Assembly: GCA_965208835.1 (NCBI GenBank)
Contig: OZ242358.1
Coordinates: 2,432,001-2,496,000, forward strand
Reading direction: 5' to 3'
Length of the DNA stretch: 64,000 bases
From: Candidatus Latescibacterota bacterium
GTDB lineage: Bacteria; Latescibacterota; UBA2968; GCA-2709665
Shown here: piece after piece, positions 38,920 to 49,120 of the stretch
Layout of the letters: every line of letters begins with the position of its first letter
How positions within the stretch are numbered: the first letter of the stretch is position 1
Notes under the pieces: generated by a model
What the model saw: only the letters and a program-made list of their open reading frames with translations
Databases searched by the model: none
Told to the model about the DNA's origin: nothing
Program-made: the position numbers and the translations under genes

Positions 38920-40914
38920 ATGAGTCAGCCCGATTCCCGCATCCGACCCCCGGCGGAAGATTCCCCGGTCTCAGACGCGGAAGGATTGCGCGGAACCGTA
39001 GTCGCATTATCGGTTGCGATGCTGGTTTTCGCTTGTGTGGCGGCGACGTTTCTGGAGTTCAGGTCCCGTTCCGCGCATATGGCCATGGCGAATCTGCCTC
39101 TGGCTGTGTTGTTGCCCTTTGTCGCCTGGCTCCTGGTCAACGCCCTGCTGAAGCGGTTTGTTCCCTGGCTCTCCCTGACTTCGGCGGAATTGAGGCTGGC
39201 CCTGAGCATGCTCTGGGTGGGCGGTTCATTTGCCGGATACAACTGGATCACTCAGTGGGTGGGCGCAATGGCGGCTCCAAGGTACTACGCCTCCCCTGAG
39301 AACAGGTGGCGCGAGTTGATATTCGACTACCTGCCCTGGTGGATGTTTCCATCTGATTTTCCCGGAGTCACCGAGGGGTTCTTCCTGGGAATCGAAAAGG
39401 GCGCGGGCGTGCCCTGGGGGGCATGGCTGGGGCCGGTTTTCTGGGCGATGTCCGCCGGCGCCGCGATGACGGCGATCGGGGTGGGGTTGACCGCGGTGTT
39501 TCAGAAGCAGTGGGTCCGGCACGAACGGCTCACCTATCCGCTGGCGCAGGTGCCGATCGATCTGACGGAAGGATTCGACCGGAAGCGAGGCTGGCCCCCG
39601 TTTGCGCGTCAGTGGTTGTTCTGGACGGGCTTCGCGATTTCAGCGGTCCCCCTGCTGTGGAACCTGATTGAATATTGGAGTCCCGGGTTTCCCCGGCTGG
39701 CGATCTTTGACGCGTATTATGGTCCAACCGGGCCCAGGGGCGCGGAGCTGTCCCGCTATCTGCAGCCTTTCTCCTACCGTATGTTGCCCACCTTACTCGG
39801 CTTTACGTTCCTGTGCGACCTGGATATCCTGTTCAGCATCTGGTCGTTGTGGCTTTCCGGACAGCTGGGTCTGTATGCGATGTCCAGGGTTGGATTCTCG
39901 GTGGGCCTCGTGGGGCAGGAGGCGAAACCGCCCACAATTCTCGGTCTGTTCACGCACGGCGTCAGCATGGGCATGGTGGTCTGGACCCTGTGGGCCGCAC
40001 GGGGCCACCTGAAGAGGGTCTTTCGTCAGGTGTTAAGGCCGCGAGACCGCGAAGAGCCGGAAACCGCGATTCTTCCTCCCAGACTGGCCCTGCTTGCAAT
40101 TCTGGCCGGCGGCGTCTATATGGTTTTCTGGCTGAGCCGGGCGGGTTACAGCGTCACTGTCGGCCTGTCCTGGTTATTGCTTTTCTGGGCAAGTATCCTG
40201 GTTGTGATGAAATTTCTGGCCGCGAGCGGGTTTGCCTATCTGTTTCCCAGTTTTCCGACTTCGATCCTGAATATGACCGTGGGCGCGAACCGGATGAACG
40301 AATCCACGCTCGTGGGGCTGCGCCTGGTGAACTGGAGGCTGCTGGCCGGGTGGCGGCTGCCGGCGGCGCTTCCTCACGTGGAACGCCTGGCCGGGCGGCC
40401 GGGCCGTACGGGATGGGTCGTGGCTTTCAGCCTCGTAGCGGGCATGCTGGCGGCGATCCTCTATACGGTATCCATCTGTTACCAGGAGGGTGGAAGCACG
40501 TTTCGCACGTGGTCCCTGGTAGGCGCGCCGCGAGGGATGTACGAGGGGATCGCAAAAGCGGTTGCGGATACGGACCCGGAGGTTACCGATCCGGGAAAGA
40601 TAGGCGTATGGCTCCTCGGCGGTCTGGCCGCGGGCGCTATACAGATAATGCAAAGCCGATTCTCCTGGTGGCCGTTTCATCCCCTGGGCGTCATGCTGAT
40701 GTCGAGTGGCTACGTCCGTCTTTACGTACTTGACATTTTCCTGGTCTGGCTGGCCAAGTTGATGGTCCTCCGCTTCGGCGGCATCTCCCTGTACCGGCGG
40801 GTGAAGCCGGTCTGTTACGGGTTGATTGTGGGTTACGTATTCGCCGTTGGCTGTTCCTTTCTGGTGGACCTGATCTGGTTCCCAGAAGGTGGCCACTATA
40901 TTCACGGGTACTAA
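38920..40914 (+). CDS. DUF6785/DUF6784-type polytopic membrane protein, copy 3
   Basis: PRYYASPENRW, KQWVRHERLTYPL, WWPFHPLG, WLAK. Same architecture as copies 1 and 2 but more divergent. Confidence 0.75.
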   Translation: MSQPDSRIRPPAEDSPVSDAEGLRGTVVALSVAMLVFACVAATFLEFRSRSAHMAMANLPLAVLLPFVAWLLVNALLKRFVPWLSLTSAELRLALSMLWVGGSFAGYNWITQWVGAMAAPRYYASPENRWRELIFDYLPWWMFPSDFPGVTEGFFLGIEKGAGVPWGAWLGPVFWAMSAGAAMTAIGVGLTAVFQKQWVRHERLTYPLAQVPIDLTEGFDRKRGWPPFARQWLFWTGFAISAVPLLWNLIEYWSPGFPRLAIFDAYYGPTGPRGAELSRYLQPFSYRMLPTLLGFTFLCDLDILFSIWSLWLSGQLGLYAMSRVGFSVGLVGQEAKPPTILGLFTHGVSMGMVVWTLWAARGHLKRVFRQVLRPRDREEPETAILPPRLALLAILAGGVYMVFWLSRAGYSVTVGLSWLLLFWASILVVMKFLAASGFAYLFPSFPTSILNMTVGANRMNESTLVGLRLVNWRLLAGWRLPAALPHVERLAGRPGRTGWVVAFSLVAGMLAAILYTVSICYQEGGSTFRTWSLVGAPRGMYEGIAKAVADTDPEVTDPGKIGVWLLGGLAAGAIQIMQSRFSWWPFHPLGVMLMSSGYVRLYVLDIFLVWLAKLMVLRFGGISLYRRVKPVCYGLIVGYVFAVGCSFLVDLIWFPEGGHYIHGY

Positions 40915-41688
40915 ATGACAGATCGCGCGATGAACAGTCCGGCCATCGACGTCCGCGGCGTGAACAAAGTGTTCGAAAGCGATACCGGGCGGGTGGAGGC
41001 GCTGAATGACGTGAACCTGCAGGTGCCTCGGGGCGTTTTCGTGAGCGTTGTGGGACCGTCCGGTTGCGGAAAGACCAGCCTGATGCGCATTGTCGGCGAC
41101 CTGGAGACGCCCACGTCCGGAACCGTACGAGTGAATGGAAAGTTGCCCGCGGAAGCCAGGAATGCCCGGGAAATAGGTGTGGTGTTTCAGAGTCCCGCGT
41201 TGCTGGGCTGGCGGACGGTCGAAGAGAACGTCGGGCTGCCTGGGGAGATATTCAACGATTCCGAAGTGGCGGCCAGGGCCCTTGAAATGGTTCGAACGGT
41301 AGGACTTGAGGGCTTCGAATCCGCCTATCCGAGGCAGCTGTCGGGGGGCATGCAGTCGCGAGTGGCCATCGCCAGGGCGCTGACGTACCGACCTGCGATA
41401 TTGCTGATGGACGAACCGTTCGGCGCGCTGGACGAGATGACGCGAGAGCGCATGCAACTGGAGTTGCTGCGCATCTGGAGGGGTGCAAAACCGGCCGTGC
41501 TGTTTATTACACACAGCATCCCGGAGGCCGTTCTGCTTTCGGACCGCGTGGTGGTGATGTCGCCCCGCCCCGGCAGGCTCGTGGGAGACGTCGCTGTGGA
41601 TTTTCCAAGACCCAGAAACGTAGAACTGCTTTCTCAGCCACGCTTCGTCGAGATGGTGGCGCACCTGAGAACCCTGATGTCTGGCTAG
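40915..41688 (+). CDS. ABC transporter ATP-binding protein, NitT/TauT family
   Basis: GPSGCGKT, VVFQ, LSGGMQ, LLMDEPFGALD, FITH, SPRPG. Confidence 0.92.
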   Translation: MTDRAMNSPAIDVRGVNKVFESDTGRVEALNDVNLQVPRGVFVSVVGPSGCGKTSLMRIVGDLETPTSGTVRVNGKLPAEARNAREIGVVFQSPALLGWRTVEENVGLPGEIFNDSEVAARALEMVRTVGLEGFESAYPRQLSGGMQSRVAIARALTYRPAILLMDEPFGALDEMTRERMQLELLRIWRGAKPAVLFITHSIPEAVLLSDRVVVMSPRPGRLVGDVAVDFPRPRNVELLSQPRFVEMVAHLRTLMSG

Positions 41689-41752
41689 GTCTTCACCGGC
41701 GTCTGGCAAGAGGGACACGGTGCCGCCCGCCAGAGTACGCCCATTGCCCCGG

Positions 41753-42724
41753 TCAGGGAGCCGCGGGAAGCATATCGGAAACGAAGAGCCCGGAAACGTC
41801 GATTTTTCGGTCGATCAGCCCCAGATCGAACAGAATATCCTGGGTGTGCGACCACCGTTCCGCGGTTTGTGCGCCCAGCCCCATGCGTTCCACGTCCGGG
41901 CTCATCAGGATTGGCATGAGCTTCTGGAAATTCGCGCGGTTGAATTCGGCGTCGCTCTCCGGACGCTCGGCCATATATGCCGCCACCGCGTCTTCCGGGT
42001 TGTCCACGGCGTAGCGCCAGCCCTTCATACTGGCGTGTACGAATTTTCGCACGACGTCCGGGTTCTTCTTCAGATAGTCGGAATTGACAATGATATTTGT
42101 GCTGTAGAGGTCGATGCCGTATTGGGCAAATGAGATACGGGTTACCGCTCGACCGCGGAGCTCAACGGTGACGGGCTGGTCTTCGGTATAGCCCAGCATG
42201 GCGTCGACCTTGCCGGCAAGGAGGGGTGCGGGACTGGATTCCGTCATTCCCATCACCTGCACGCGTTCTTCTTCGATACCCACCTTTTTGAGAAAAGCCT
42301 GAAATTCCCGGTGCTTGGTGCCCCCGATATTGACGCCGACCCGTTTGCCAATCAGATCCTCCGGCTTTCGGATGTCATTCTCTTCCAACGCATAAACCAC
42401 CACCGGCGAATGCTGGTTGATCACAGCGAGGGAGACCACGGGGATGTCCCTCGTACGGGCGATCAGGGTGGCCGATCCGCTGGAAACCCCGATATGATAC
42501 TTTCCGCTGCCCACGAGACGCGCCGTGGTAGGCGCACCGGTACCTTCGAGAATCTCAACGGATATCCCCTCGGCTTCGTAGAATCCCTTCGCCTTCGCCG
42601 CGAAGAAACCGGCGTGTTCCATCTGCGCTTTCCAGTCCAGAAGCAGCTGGACCCGTTGTAGATTCTCGGGTGATTCGCCGCAGGCAGCCAGTATTGCAAT
42701 GAAGAGCCAGACCAGACGTTTCAT
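41753..42724 (-). CDS. ABC substrate-binding lipoprotein, NMT1/THI5-like
   Basis: LAAC lipobox, LDW...HAGFF.A..KGFY..EG, PEDLIGKRVG. Confidence 0.85.
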   Translation of the reverse strand: MKRLVWLFIAILAACGESPENLQRVQLLLDWKAQMEHAGFFAAKAKGFYEAEGISVEILEGTGAPTTARLVGSGKYHIGVSSGSATLIARTRDIPVVSLAVINQHSPVVVYALEENDIRKPEDLIGKRVGVNIGGTKHREFQAFLKKVGIEEERVQVMGMTESSPAPLLAGKVDAMLGYTEDQPVTVELRGRAVTRISFAQYGIDLYSTNIIVNSDYLKKNPDVVRKFVHASMKGWRYAVDNPEDAVAAYMAERPESDAEFNRANFQKLMPILMSPDVERMGLGAQTAERWSHTQDILFDLGLIDRKIDVSGLFVSDMLPAAP

Positions 42725-42758
42725 AGGATTCCCCCACTGAACGGTTCCGGATTGATGT

Positions 42759-43041
42759 TTAACCTCAGTTCGAAAATGAATACAGTCAAAATGGCCATGA
42801 AGAGTCTGAATGCGGGTAGAGGGTAGAGGGAAGACGGTAGATGAAACCCTTGCCCGATACTTTATTCCTTCTTGCCTCCGGCAGGAGAAGAGACTCCACA
42901 AGGCAGGATATCTCTCACGTCTACCGTCTCCCTTCTACCCGCTTCCGATTGGTGTATCCTGGTAATCCGCAGTCTAATCGCCTTTATCAACTTGCATATA
43001 TTCGGTTTAACGTCCACGAAAAGCATACGAATCATGGTTAA
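42759..43041 (+). mobile_element. Composite MITE-like element, family 1 copy C, with internal heptamer palindrome
   Basis: Ends TTAACCTCAGTTCG ... CGAATCATGGTTAA. 42759-42942 matches 20042-20322 and 42950-43041 matches copies A and B. Confidence 0.72.
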
Positions 43042-43829
43042 CGCCGGAGCGGTTCGTGGAAATCGCCCCAGCGTTTGAGCAGAAGTTTTTCCAGACCTTC
43101 CACGATCAGGAAGAGGAGCGTGCCCATCGCGCCAAGCACAATCAGTGCGGCGAACATGAGATCGGTAGCCAGTTCTGAGTTGGCCAGCCGCGTGAGATGC
43201 CCCAGACCGGCGCTGGCCCCCACGAATTCTCCGACAACCGCGCCGATCACACTCAGGGTTATACAGATTTTCAATGCGGCGAACAGGTAGGGAATGGCGT
43301 GCGGCAGGCGGACTTTGATCAGTATCTGGCGGCGACCAGCGGAGAGCGCCCGCATCAGATCCAGAATGAGCGGGTCCACGGCCAGGAGGCCGCGTGTGGT
43401 GTTGATAATGACAGGGAAAAAGGAAATGAGCGCCGCGATGATCACCTTGGGGAACAGGCCGAGGCCGAACCAGACGATAAACAGCGGTGCGAGCGCTTCT
43501 TTCGGAAAGGTCTGGGATGAAATGACGATGGGGTACAGCATGCGTTCGATTATTGGAGAGCGAGCCATGACAATCGCGCCTGCCACGCCGGTGCCAGCGC
43601 CGAGAAGAAAACCCCAGAGCGCTTCCTGCAGCGTCACCCACGCATGGGACAGGAGCGTGTAGCGCGCCGAAACCAGTTTGCCCAGGATTCGCGACGGCGC
43701 GGGCAGGATATAATCTGCGACGTCCCACGCATTGACCAGCAGTTCCCAGATCCCGAGCGTGACGAGAACGAATACGAGGGAGAGGCCGTACTCTCGGATG
43801 AGGACGCGAACGACGGAGACGGGGATCAC
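43038..43829 (-). CDS. ABC transporter permease, NitT/TauT family
   Basis: LPAPS, QTFPK.ALAPLF.VWFG.G, FFPV, GAVVGEF..ASAGLG. Confidence 0.9.
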   Translation of the reverse strand: MIPVSVVRVLIREYGLSLVFVLVTLGIWELLVNAWDVADYILPAPSRILGKLVSARYTLLSHAWVTLQEALWGFLLGAGTGVAGAIVMARSPIIERMLYPIVISSQTFPKEALAPLFIVWFGLGLFPKVIIAALISFFPVIINTTRGLLAVDPLILDLMRALSAGRRQILIKVRLPHAIPYLFAALKICITLSVIGAVVGEFVGASAGLGHLTRLANSELATDLMFAALIVLGAMGTLLFLIVEGLEKLLLKRWGDFHEPLRR

Positions 43830-44203
43830 CGTTCAAACAGAATGATCTGGGCCTGAATCGACCCGGCCTGGTTCTGGTATTCGGGGTTTTCGTTCATTGC
43901 CATAAACAGCGGTCCTTCGTAAGGTGAGAACAGGTCGAAATAGACGCCTGCCGCCAGGGGCGGATTGTCCTGACCGACCCTGCAGATCAGGGCGCCGACG
44001 TTGGTGCCGGGCAGCAGGTACCCGTCACCGGCCAGGAAGCCTTCGATTCCATTTGCGCCGCACCAGTTGATGGTTGCGGGACGCATCTCCGGCGACCAGA
44101 TGCCTTCGGCGGAGATGACGAGCCGTTGGCCCTCCCGTATCCGCAGATACATCTCCTGCCAGATCGCATTTGGCCTGATCGTCTTGTTGATCGTCAGCGG
44201 CAT
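43826..44203 (-). CDS. LecA/PA-IL-like lectin-fold protein
   Basis: 125 aa with I.AEG.WS, GALICRVG and GPLFMAMNE...YQNQAGSI, recalling the PA-IL pattern. 4-bp overlap with the permease. Confidence 0.55.
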   Translation of the reverse strand: MPLTINKTIRPNAIWQEMYLRIREGQRLVISAEGIWSPEMRPATINWCGANGIEGFLAGDGYLLPGTNVGALICRVGQDNPPLAAGVYFDLFSPYEGPLFMAMNENPEYQNQAGSIQAQIILFER

Positions 44204-44414
44204 GGGGGCTTCTTTCCTCTTCGCGGGTCTGACAAACCCACCCTGATGGCAGATCGTGTTCCAACCCGGAGACAGATTGCCGGACAGCAACCTGTTTTCG
44301 TGACGGGATACCAGAAGATAGGATCACTGATCGCGAATGTCAAGGCGGGTGGTCGCCCCGAGAGGGGCTGTCGTTCGCATTTGAGAGTTCGCCGGGACTT
44401 CGAAAGGGCGCAGA

Positions 44415-46169
44415 ATGGAATTTCATATGACCCTGGATTTCAGGGACGACTTCACCGCGGCGTCGGTCCCCTGGACCGCCGAACGGCTCCGGGAATATAT
44501 CCGCCTCGTTGCTGATCTGGGTATGCAGGGTATTCATTGGATTGAGATGGGGGACAAGGAGATGGGCAAATGGGATCGGGGTTCGTCCACCGATCTCACG
44601 GGCGGGGCCAGGGCATTTGTGGATTCCGTTCCCGATCCGCTGGCGTTTGTGTGTGAAGAGGCGCACAGCGTCGGATTGAAAGTATACGCGGTACACAAGA
44701 TCAACGATATGGCCAGCTTTGGCCCCGGACGTTTTTATCCATTGGGTACGGCGCCCGACGTGCTGCCCGGCATTCCACAGATCGGCGGCTCGGGCCAGAT
44801 GGCGTTCCGATGGCTGCGCGAGCATCCGGACCGGCGCGTGGAGATTCACCCGTCGTTACTGGAAGCGGAAGGCATTCGAAAACCCGTGCGGACCATTCGC
44901 CTCTGGCACGAAACCGATCGCCTGCAAGGGAATCCGGACATCGAGCTGTTCGTCAGTGAGACGAACGCACGATACACGCCCTACCGGGGCAGCAGCCGGG
45001 TTGACGTTTCCGTGCGGAGGAGAACCCCGCCGGTATTTGCGCCGGCGCCGGAGAGGCGTTTCGCAAAGGAAGGGGAATTCGCCTGTATCCAGATATCCGG
45101 CCTCGAGATATCCCAGCCGTACTTTGGTATCCGGTTTGCCGGTGCAGTCGGCCTTACGAACACACTGACCGCACTCGTGGAAGTCGAAGACGTCTCGGGA
45201 GCGCCCGTGGTCTTTACATGGGGATTCTTCCCCAGGTCCGATTATTCCACGTCTCTCGGTACGTTTGAGGAGGCCGGCATCGGATTTGACGCCAACTGGC
45301 TCATTCCGTTCGAAAACCATCCCGGGGGACACGACTGGCAGCACTCCGCGGGGAGATACCGGCTGAACGTGGACAAGGTGCCGTTTATAGGGATCGCCCG
45401 TGGAAGAAACCGGTTTCTTACGTCCTCGGTCGAACTCGCGTACCCGGACGTCAGGCGCTGGTTGCTCGACATCGTAGCGTATGAACTCGACGCCGGCTGT
45501 GACGGCGTGGACATCCGGGTCGAAAGTCATACGCAGAATATGGATTTCGAGAATTACGGGTTCGGGAAGCCGGTTGTGGAAGCGTTTCGCAATCGTTACG
45601 GCGTGGACATAACGCGCGAGTCGTTCGACAGGGGCGCCTGGAGGGAACTGCGCGGGGAATATTTCGATCTGTTTCTGAAGGACGCATCCGAACTGATCCG
45701 GTCTCGAGGAAAGGAAACATGGATCCACCTCACGGCATATCCAAACATGGACCGGGAGCCACGGCAGCCGAGCCTGTCTCAGATATACTGGAACTGGCGA
45801 AGATGGATGACGGAAGGCTGGGTGGACGTCGTGAATTTCAAGAGGTTTCAGGCGAGAAACCTCTCACCCGGGCATCAGCAGGTAATCGACCGTTTCTATC
45901 GAAAGGCGTTGAACTTCTGCAGTGAACTTGGACTGCGAACGGCCTACACGCCCAATCCGAGATTCGAGGGCATGCGCGAGGAGGATTTCGTCGACATGGA
46001 AATGCGGACGATCCGCCGTATCGCCGGAGACGGTTTCGAAGTCTACAATTTCTATGAAGGTTGCACCTATATTCGCCTGACCGAAAACGGCTTCAATGTC
46101 AACGCGAACCAATTGTGGCGAGAGGTCCGGGAATGGAACCGGAAGGCGGGCCTCCCGCCGCGTTCGTAA
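44415..46169 (+). CDS. Putative glycoside hydrolase-like TIM-barrel protein (GHL10/DUF187-like) with an inserted domain
   Basis: DPLAFVCEEAH..GLKVYA, LAYPDVRRW, DGVDIR, FGKPVVEAFR.RYGVDI, WRRWM.EG.VD. Confidence 0.5.
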   Translation: MEFHMTLDFRDDFTAASVPWTAERLREYIRLVADLGMQGIHWIEMGDKEMGKWDRGSSTDLTGGARAFVDSVPDPLAFVCEEAHSVGLKVYAVHKINDMASFGPGRFYPLGTAPDVLPGIPQIGGSGQMAFRWLREHPDRRVEIHPSLLEAEGIRKPVRTIRLWHETDRLQGNPDIELFVSETNARYTPYRGSSRVDVSVRRRTPPVFAPAPERRFAKEGEFACIQISGLEISQPYFGIRFAGAVGLTNTLTALVEVEDVSGAPVVFTWGFFPRSDYSTSLGTFEEAGIGFDANWLIPFENHPGGHDWQHSAGRYRLNVDKVPFIGIARGRNRFLTSSVELAYPDVRRWLLDIVAYELDAGCDGVDIRVESHTQNMDFENYGFGKPVVEAFRNRYGVDITRESFDRGAWRELRGEYFDLFLKDASELIRSRGKETWIHLTAYPNMDREPRQPSLSQIYWNWRRWMTEGWVDVVNFKRFQARNLSPGHQQVIDRFYRKALNFCSELGLRTAYTPNPRFEGMREEDFVDMEMRTIRRIAGDGFEVYNFYEGCTYIRLTENGFNVNANQLWREVREWNRKAGLPPRS

Positions 46170-46223
46170 CTGCTCCTGGCCGATGGCGTTTGTCATCGCC
46201 CAGGAGCAGGGGAAGGTTGAGCC

Positions 46224-47771
46224 ATGCCGAAACAGGCAATCGACGTGGGATCCGGAAAGCAATTGTTCGTGGATTCGAAGTTCGTCGAATCCAGCGAGGG
46301 TGTCACATTTGTCATGAATCCGCCCTATCAGGCTGACGAACCGGTACTGATGCCCGACGAAACATGGGAACGGCGGCCCGGAGCAAGTTACGGGATCTAC
46401 AGCAGCATTCTCAAGGACGTGGACGGGAGGATTCGCGCCTGGTATCACGTTCGCATCGGCGACTACCGGTCCGGCCGGGACGAAGCCCACGTCGGGTACG
46501 CCGAGTCCGCAGACGGCATCCACTTCACCAAGCCGGTCCTGAATCTGTTCGAATCCGGCGGAACAACGCGGAATAATATCGTCATCCCGGGCAAAATCGG
46601 GGGAAGTTCCGTCTGGATCGATCCTCACGCGGAACCTGAATCCCGTTACAGGAACCAGGCGAAGGTATATTCGCCGCCCGAGGTATGGGGCCACCTGCAC
46701 ATGCACGGATCGCCTGACGGGATTCACTGGAAACTCGCGAGCGACATCCGGCTGAGCCGCGGCGGGTGGGATACGCAATCCATCGTCTTCTGGGACCCGC
46801 CGGTGGGGCGCTACGCGATGTACACCCGGCACTGGTTTGCGCAGCGGCACGGCACCGCCCCGGGCAATCTCAACTACCGCACGGTTCGCAGGCTGGAGTC
46901 CGATGATTTGCGTGAGTGGGGCAATCAGCGAATCGTCATGCGGCCCGACGACGCGGACATGGACACCTATGAAACGCCTTCTCCCCTTTGCCCCGAAGGA
47001 CCGGAAAAACCTTACGGACGGGTACCGGTGGACTATTACGGCGCGTTGGTATTCAAATATCCGGACCCCGACGGTGTGTATATCATGCTGGCCAACGCAA
47101 ACTGGTACTGGTACGACCGCGAGCCGATTGTCACCGTCGTGCGGGACGATATGGGGGTCCCGCGGGAAGAAACCCAGAGAATCTACGGCCCCAGTCGTTT
47201 CGACGCCCGGCTGTCCGTCAGCCGGGACGGCATCGACTTTCAGCGATGCGGCGGCCGCCGGGCCTTCCTGAAGCCCGGCAGTGAGGGCAGCTTCTCTTCC
47301 AGAATGGTGTGGGCGATGCCGCATCCCGTACCGATGGGGGACGAGTTGTGGCTCTATTACAGTGGGAACAACAGGGATCACGACGGCATTGTCGATCCCG
47401 CCGCGGGGAGGCATCTCAGCGGAATCGGCCGGGCCGTTATGCGCCTGGACGGGTTCGTATCGGTGGATGCCGGCTACGGCGGCGGCGAGCTTGTCACTCC
47501 GCCGATTCGGTTTGAGGGGACGCAGCTGGAGTTGAATCTGGATACCGGCGGGGGAGGTTCCGTCCGGGTGGAGTTGCAGGATGATCTCGGCCGGCCGATC
47601 GGGAATTTCGCCGAAACGGACGCGTCCTATCTCTGCGGAAATTCTGTGCGGATGCCCGTGCGATGGCGCGGTGGAACGAACGTCGGCGAATTGTCAGGAA
47701 GGTCGATCAGGATACGTTTCGTCATGCGAGACTGCAAGCTGTATGCGTTTCAGTTCACGGCGCCCGTGTGA
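46224..47771 (+). CDS. Putative beta-propeller glycosidase-like protein (GH32/43-like) with C-terminal beta domain
   Basis: QLFVD, YAESADGIHF.KP, SPDGIHW, SRDGIDF (Asp-box-like motifs), RLDGFVS, LYAFQF. Confidence 0.6.
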   Translation: MPKQAIDVGSGKQLFVDSKFVESSEGVTFVMNPPYQADEPVLMPDETWERRPGASYGIYSSILKDVDGRIRAWYHVRIGDYRSGRDEAHVGYAESADGIHFTKPVLNLFESGGTTRNNIVIPGKIGGSSVWIDPHAEPESRYRNQAKVYSPPEVWGHLHMHGSPDGIHWKLASDIRLSRGGWDTQSIVFWDPPVGRYAMYTRHWFAQRHGTAPGNLNYRTVRRLESDDLREWGNQRIVMRPDDADMDTYETPSPLCPEGPEKPYGRVPVDYYGALVFKYPDPDGVYIMLANANWYWYDREPIVTVVRDDMGVPREETQRIYGPSRFDARLSVSRDGIDFQRCGGRRAFLKPGSEGSFSSRMVWAMPHPVPMGDELWLYYSGNNRDHDGIVDPAAGRHLSGIGRAVMRLDGFVSVDAGYGGGELVTPPIRFEGTQLELNLDTGGGGSVRVELQDDLGRPIGNFAETDASYLCGNSVRMPVRWRGGTNVGELSGRSIRIRFVMRDCKLYAFQFTAPV

Positions 47772-47797
47772 ACGCCGGATAACCCCGGGAGGATGAA

Positions 47798-48256
47798 ATG
47801 GCCGGTTACAACGTCGAGATCAGGACGGTCGGACCCGTCCTGGTGGCCTCCAGGCGCGAATCCATTCCGGACTTCGGCGCCATCGGTTCGTCCATGAACC
47901 GCATGTACAATGAGGTCGTCTCTTATATCGGGGAACAGAACGGGAACATCGTCGGGCCGGGAATCACAATCTGGCACGATTCCCTGGACGCGGAGGCGGC
48001 ACTGCCGGTTGACAAACCCCTGCCGGGTGGAGACGGCGTCGGGATACGGGAGTTGCCGGGTGGCGAAATGGCGTGCCTGGTTCACCATGGCCCTTTCAAC
48101 GGGTTCCGCGGCGCGTACGAGGCCATACGAAATTGGATCCGGGAAAACGGTTATCGGATTTCCGGACCCGGCCGGGAAGTCTACCTGAAGTTCGCGCCCG
48201 ATGGAAATCCGGAGGACTTTGTGACCGAAATCCGGTTTCCGGTTGCGAAAACCTAG
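47798..48256 (+). CDS. GyrI-like small-molecule-binding domain protein
   Basis: LPGG.MA..VH.GPF, AY.AI..WI.ENGY...GP.REVY, TEIRFPV. Confidence 0.85.
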   Translation: MAGYNVEIRTVGPVLVASRRESIPDFGAIGSSMNRMYNEVVSYIGEQNGNIVGPGITIWHDSLDAEAALPVDKPLPGGDGVGIRELPGGEMACLVHHGPFNGFRGAYEAIRNWIRENGYRISGPGREVYLKFAPDGNPEDFVTEIRFPVAKT

Positions 48257-48275
48257 TGCCCTGTCCCCATCAATC
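48253..48275. repeat. Solo terminal fragment of MITE family 2 at a stop codon
   Basis: CTAGTGCCCTGTCCCCATCAAT resembles the family-2 TIR (AGTGTCCTGTCCCATAAAT). Confidence 0.45.
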
Positions 48276-48289
48276 TTTCCGTTGCTTCG

Positions 48290-49120
48290 TTATTCGGACA
48301 TCCCGGCGTGTTTTTCGAGGAGTGCCTTGCTCTTCAGCACGCCCTCGTGGTCGTCGGTCCTGCCCTCGTATTCAATGCCGTAGGGGTTGTCATAGCCCGC
48401 TTCCTTCAGGATCCCGATGGCGGCGGCGCAGTCGATTTCCCGCGACTCACCGTCCGCGGAGAAGCTGAGGAATTTCGCGTGGGTCGCCCAGGCGTACGGG
48501 GCGACCCTCTTCAGGTTTTCCAGCTTGTCGTCGTCCGGCGGCCAGTTGAGGAAATCGGCGAGGACGCGGCAGTAGTCGCTTCCGACGGCTTCCATGACCC
48601 GCAGGATGTTGTCCGCCGATACCGATACGCCCCCGTGATTCTCCATCAGCAGCCGGATACCCGCCTGGGCGCAAAGTTCCGTGAGTTCGCCAAAGCTCTC
48701 GATACACTGTCCTATATGGGTTTCGGTGACCGGTTCGCCCCCGCCGGGGCCGCTGTTGGCCCGAAACGCGTTGCAGTCCAGCGCCAGGCAGGCATCGATC
48801 CATTTCTTGTGGTTGTCAACGGCCAGTTTTCGGTCCGTTTCGTCTGCCGACGCAAGGTCTCCATGGCCGTCTACCGCGACATTCAGGAACCGAACGCCCG
48901 AATCCCGTGCGCGTTGACGCAGTTCGACGAGAAACCCGGCGGCCAGTTGACTCGCAGCGGGGTTGCCCGGGTCGGCGTAGTCGAAGAATGGGCTGTTGAG
49001 TTCCAGCAGACGAATGTCGAATTCTTCAACGGCAAGAGCGGGAAAGTCGAGGAGACGCAAGGGGTTCTCGGAATCCCTGAACCGCCGGTGAATACTCCAG
49101 CCCGCGAGTGAAATCTCCAT
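48290..49120 (-). CDS. Sugar phosphate isomerase/epimerase (TIM barrel)
   Basis: ISLAGWSIHR, HKKWID, MENHGG, DFLNW, HAK, IEYEG. Confidence 0.82.
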   Translation of the reverse strand: MEISLAGWSIHRRFRDSENPLRLLDFPALAVEEFDIRLLELNSPFFDYADPGNPAASQLAAGFLVELRQRARDSGVRFLNVAVDGHGDLASADETDRKLAVDNHKKWIDACLALDCNAFRANSGPGGGEPVTETHIGQCIESFGELTELCAQAGIRLLMENHGGVSVSADNILRVMEAVGSDYCRVLADFLNWPPDDDKLENLKRVAPYAWATHAKFLSFSADGESREIDCAAAIGILKEAGYDNPYGIEYEGRTDDHEGVLKSKALLEKHAGMSE

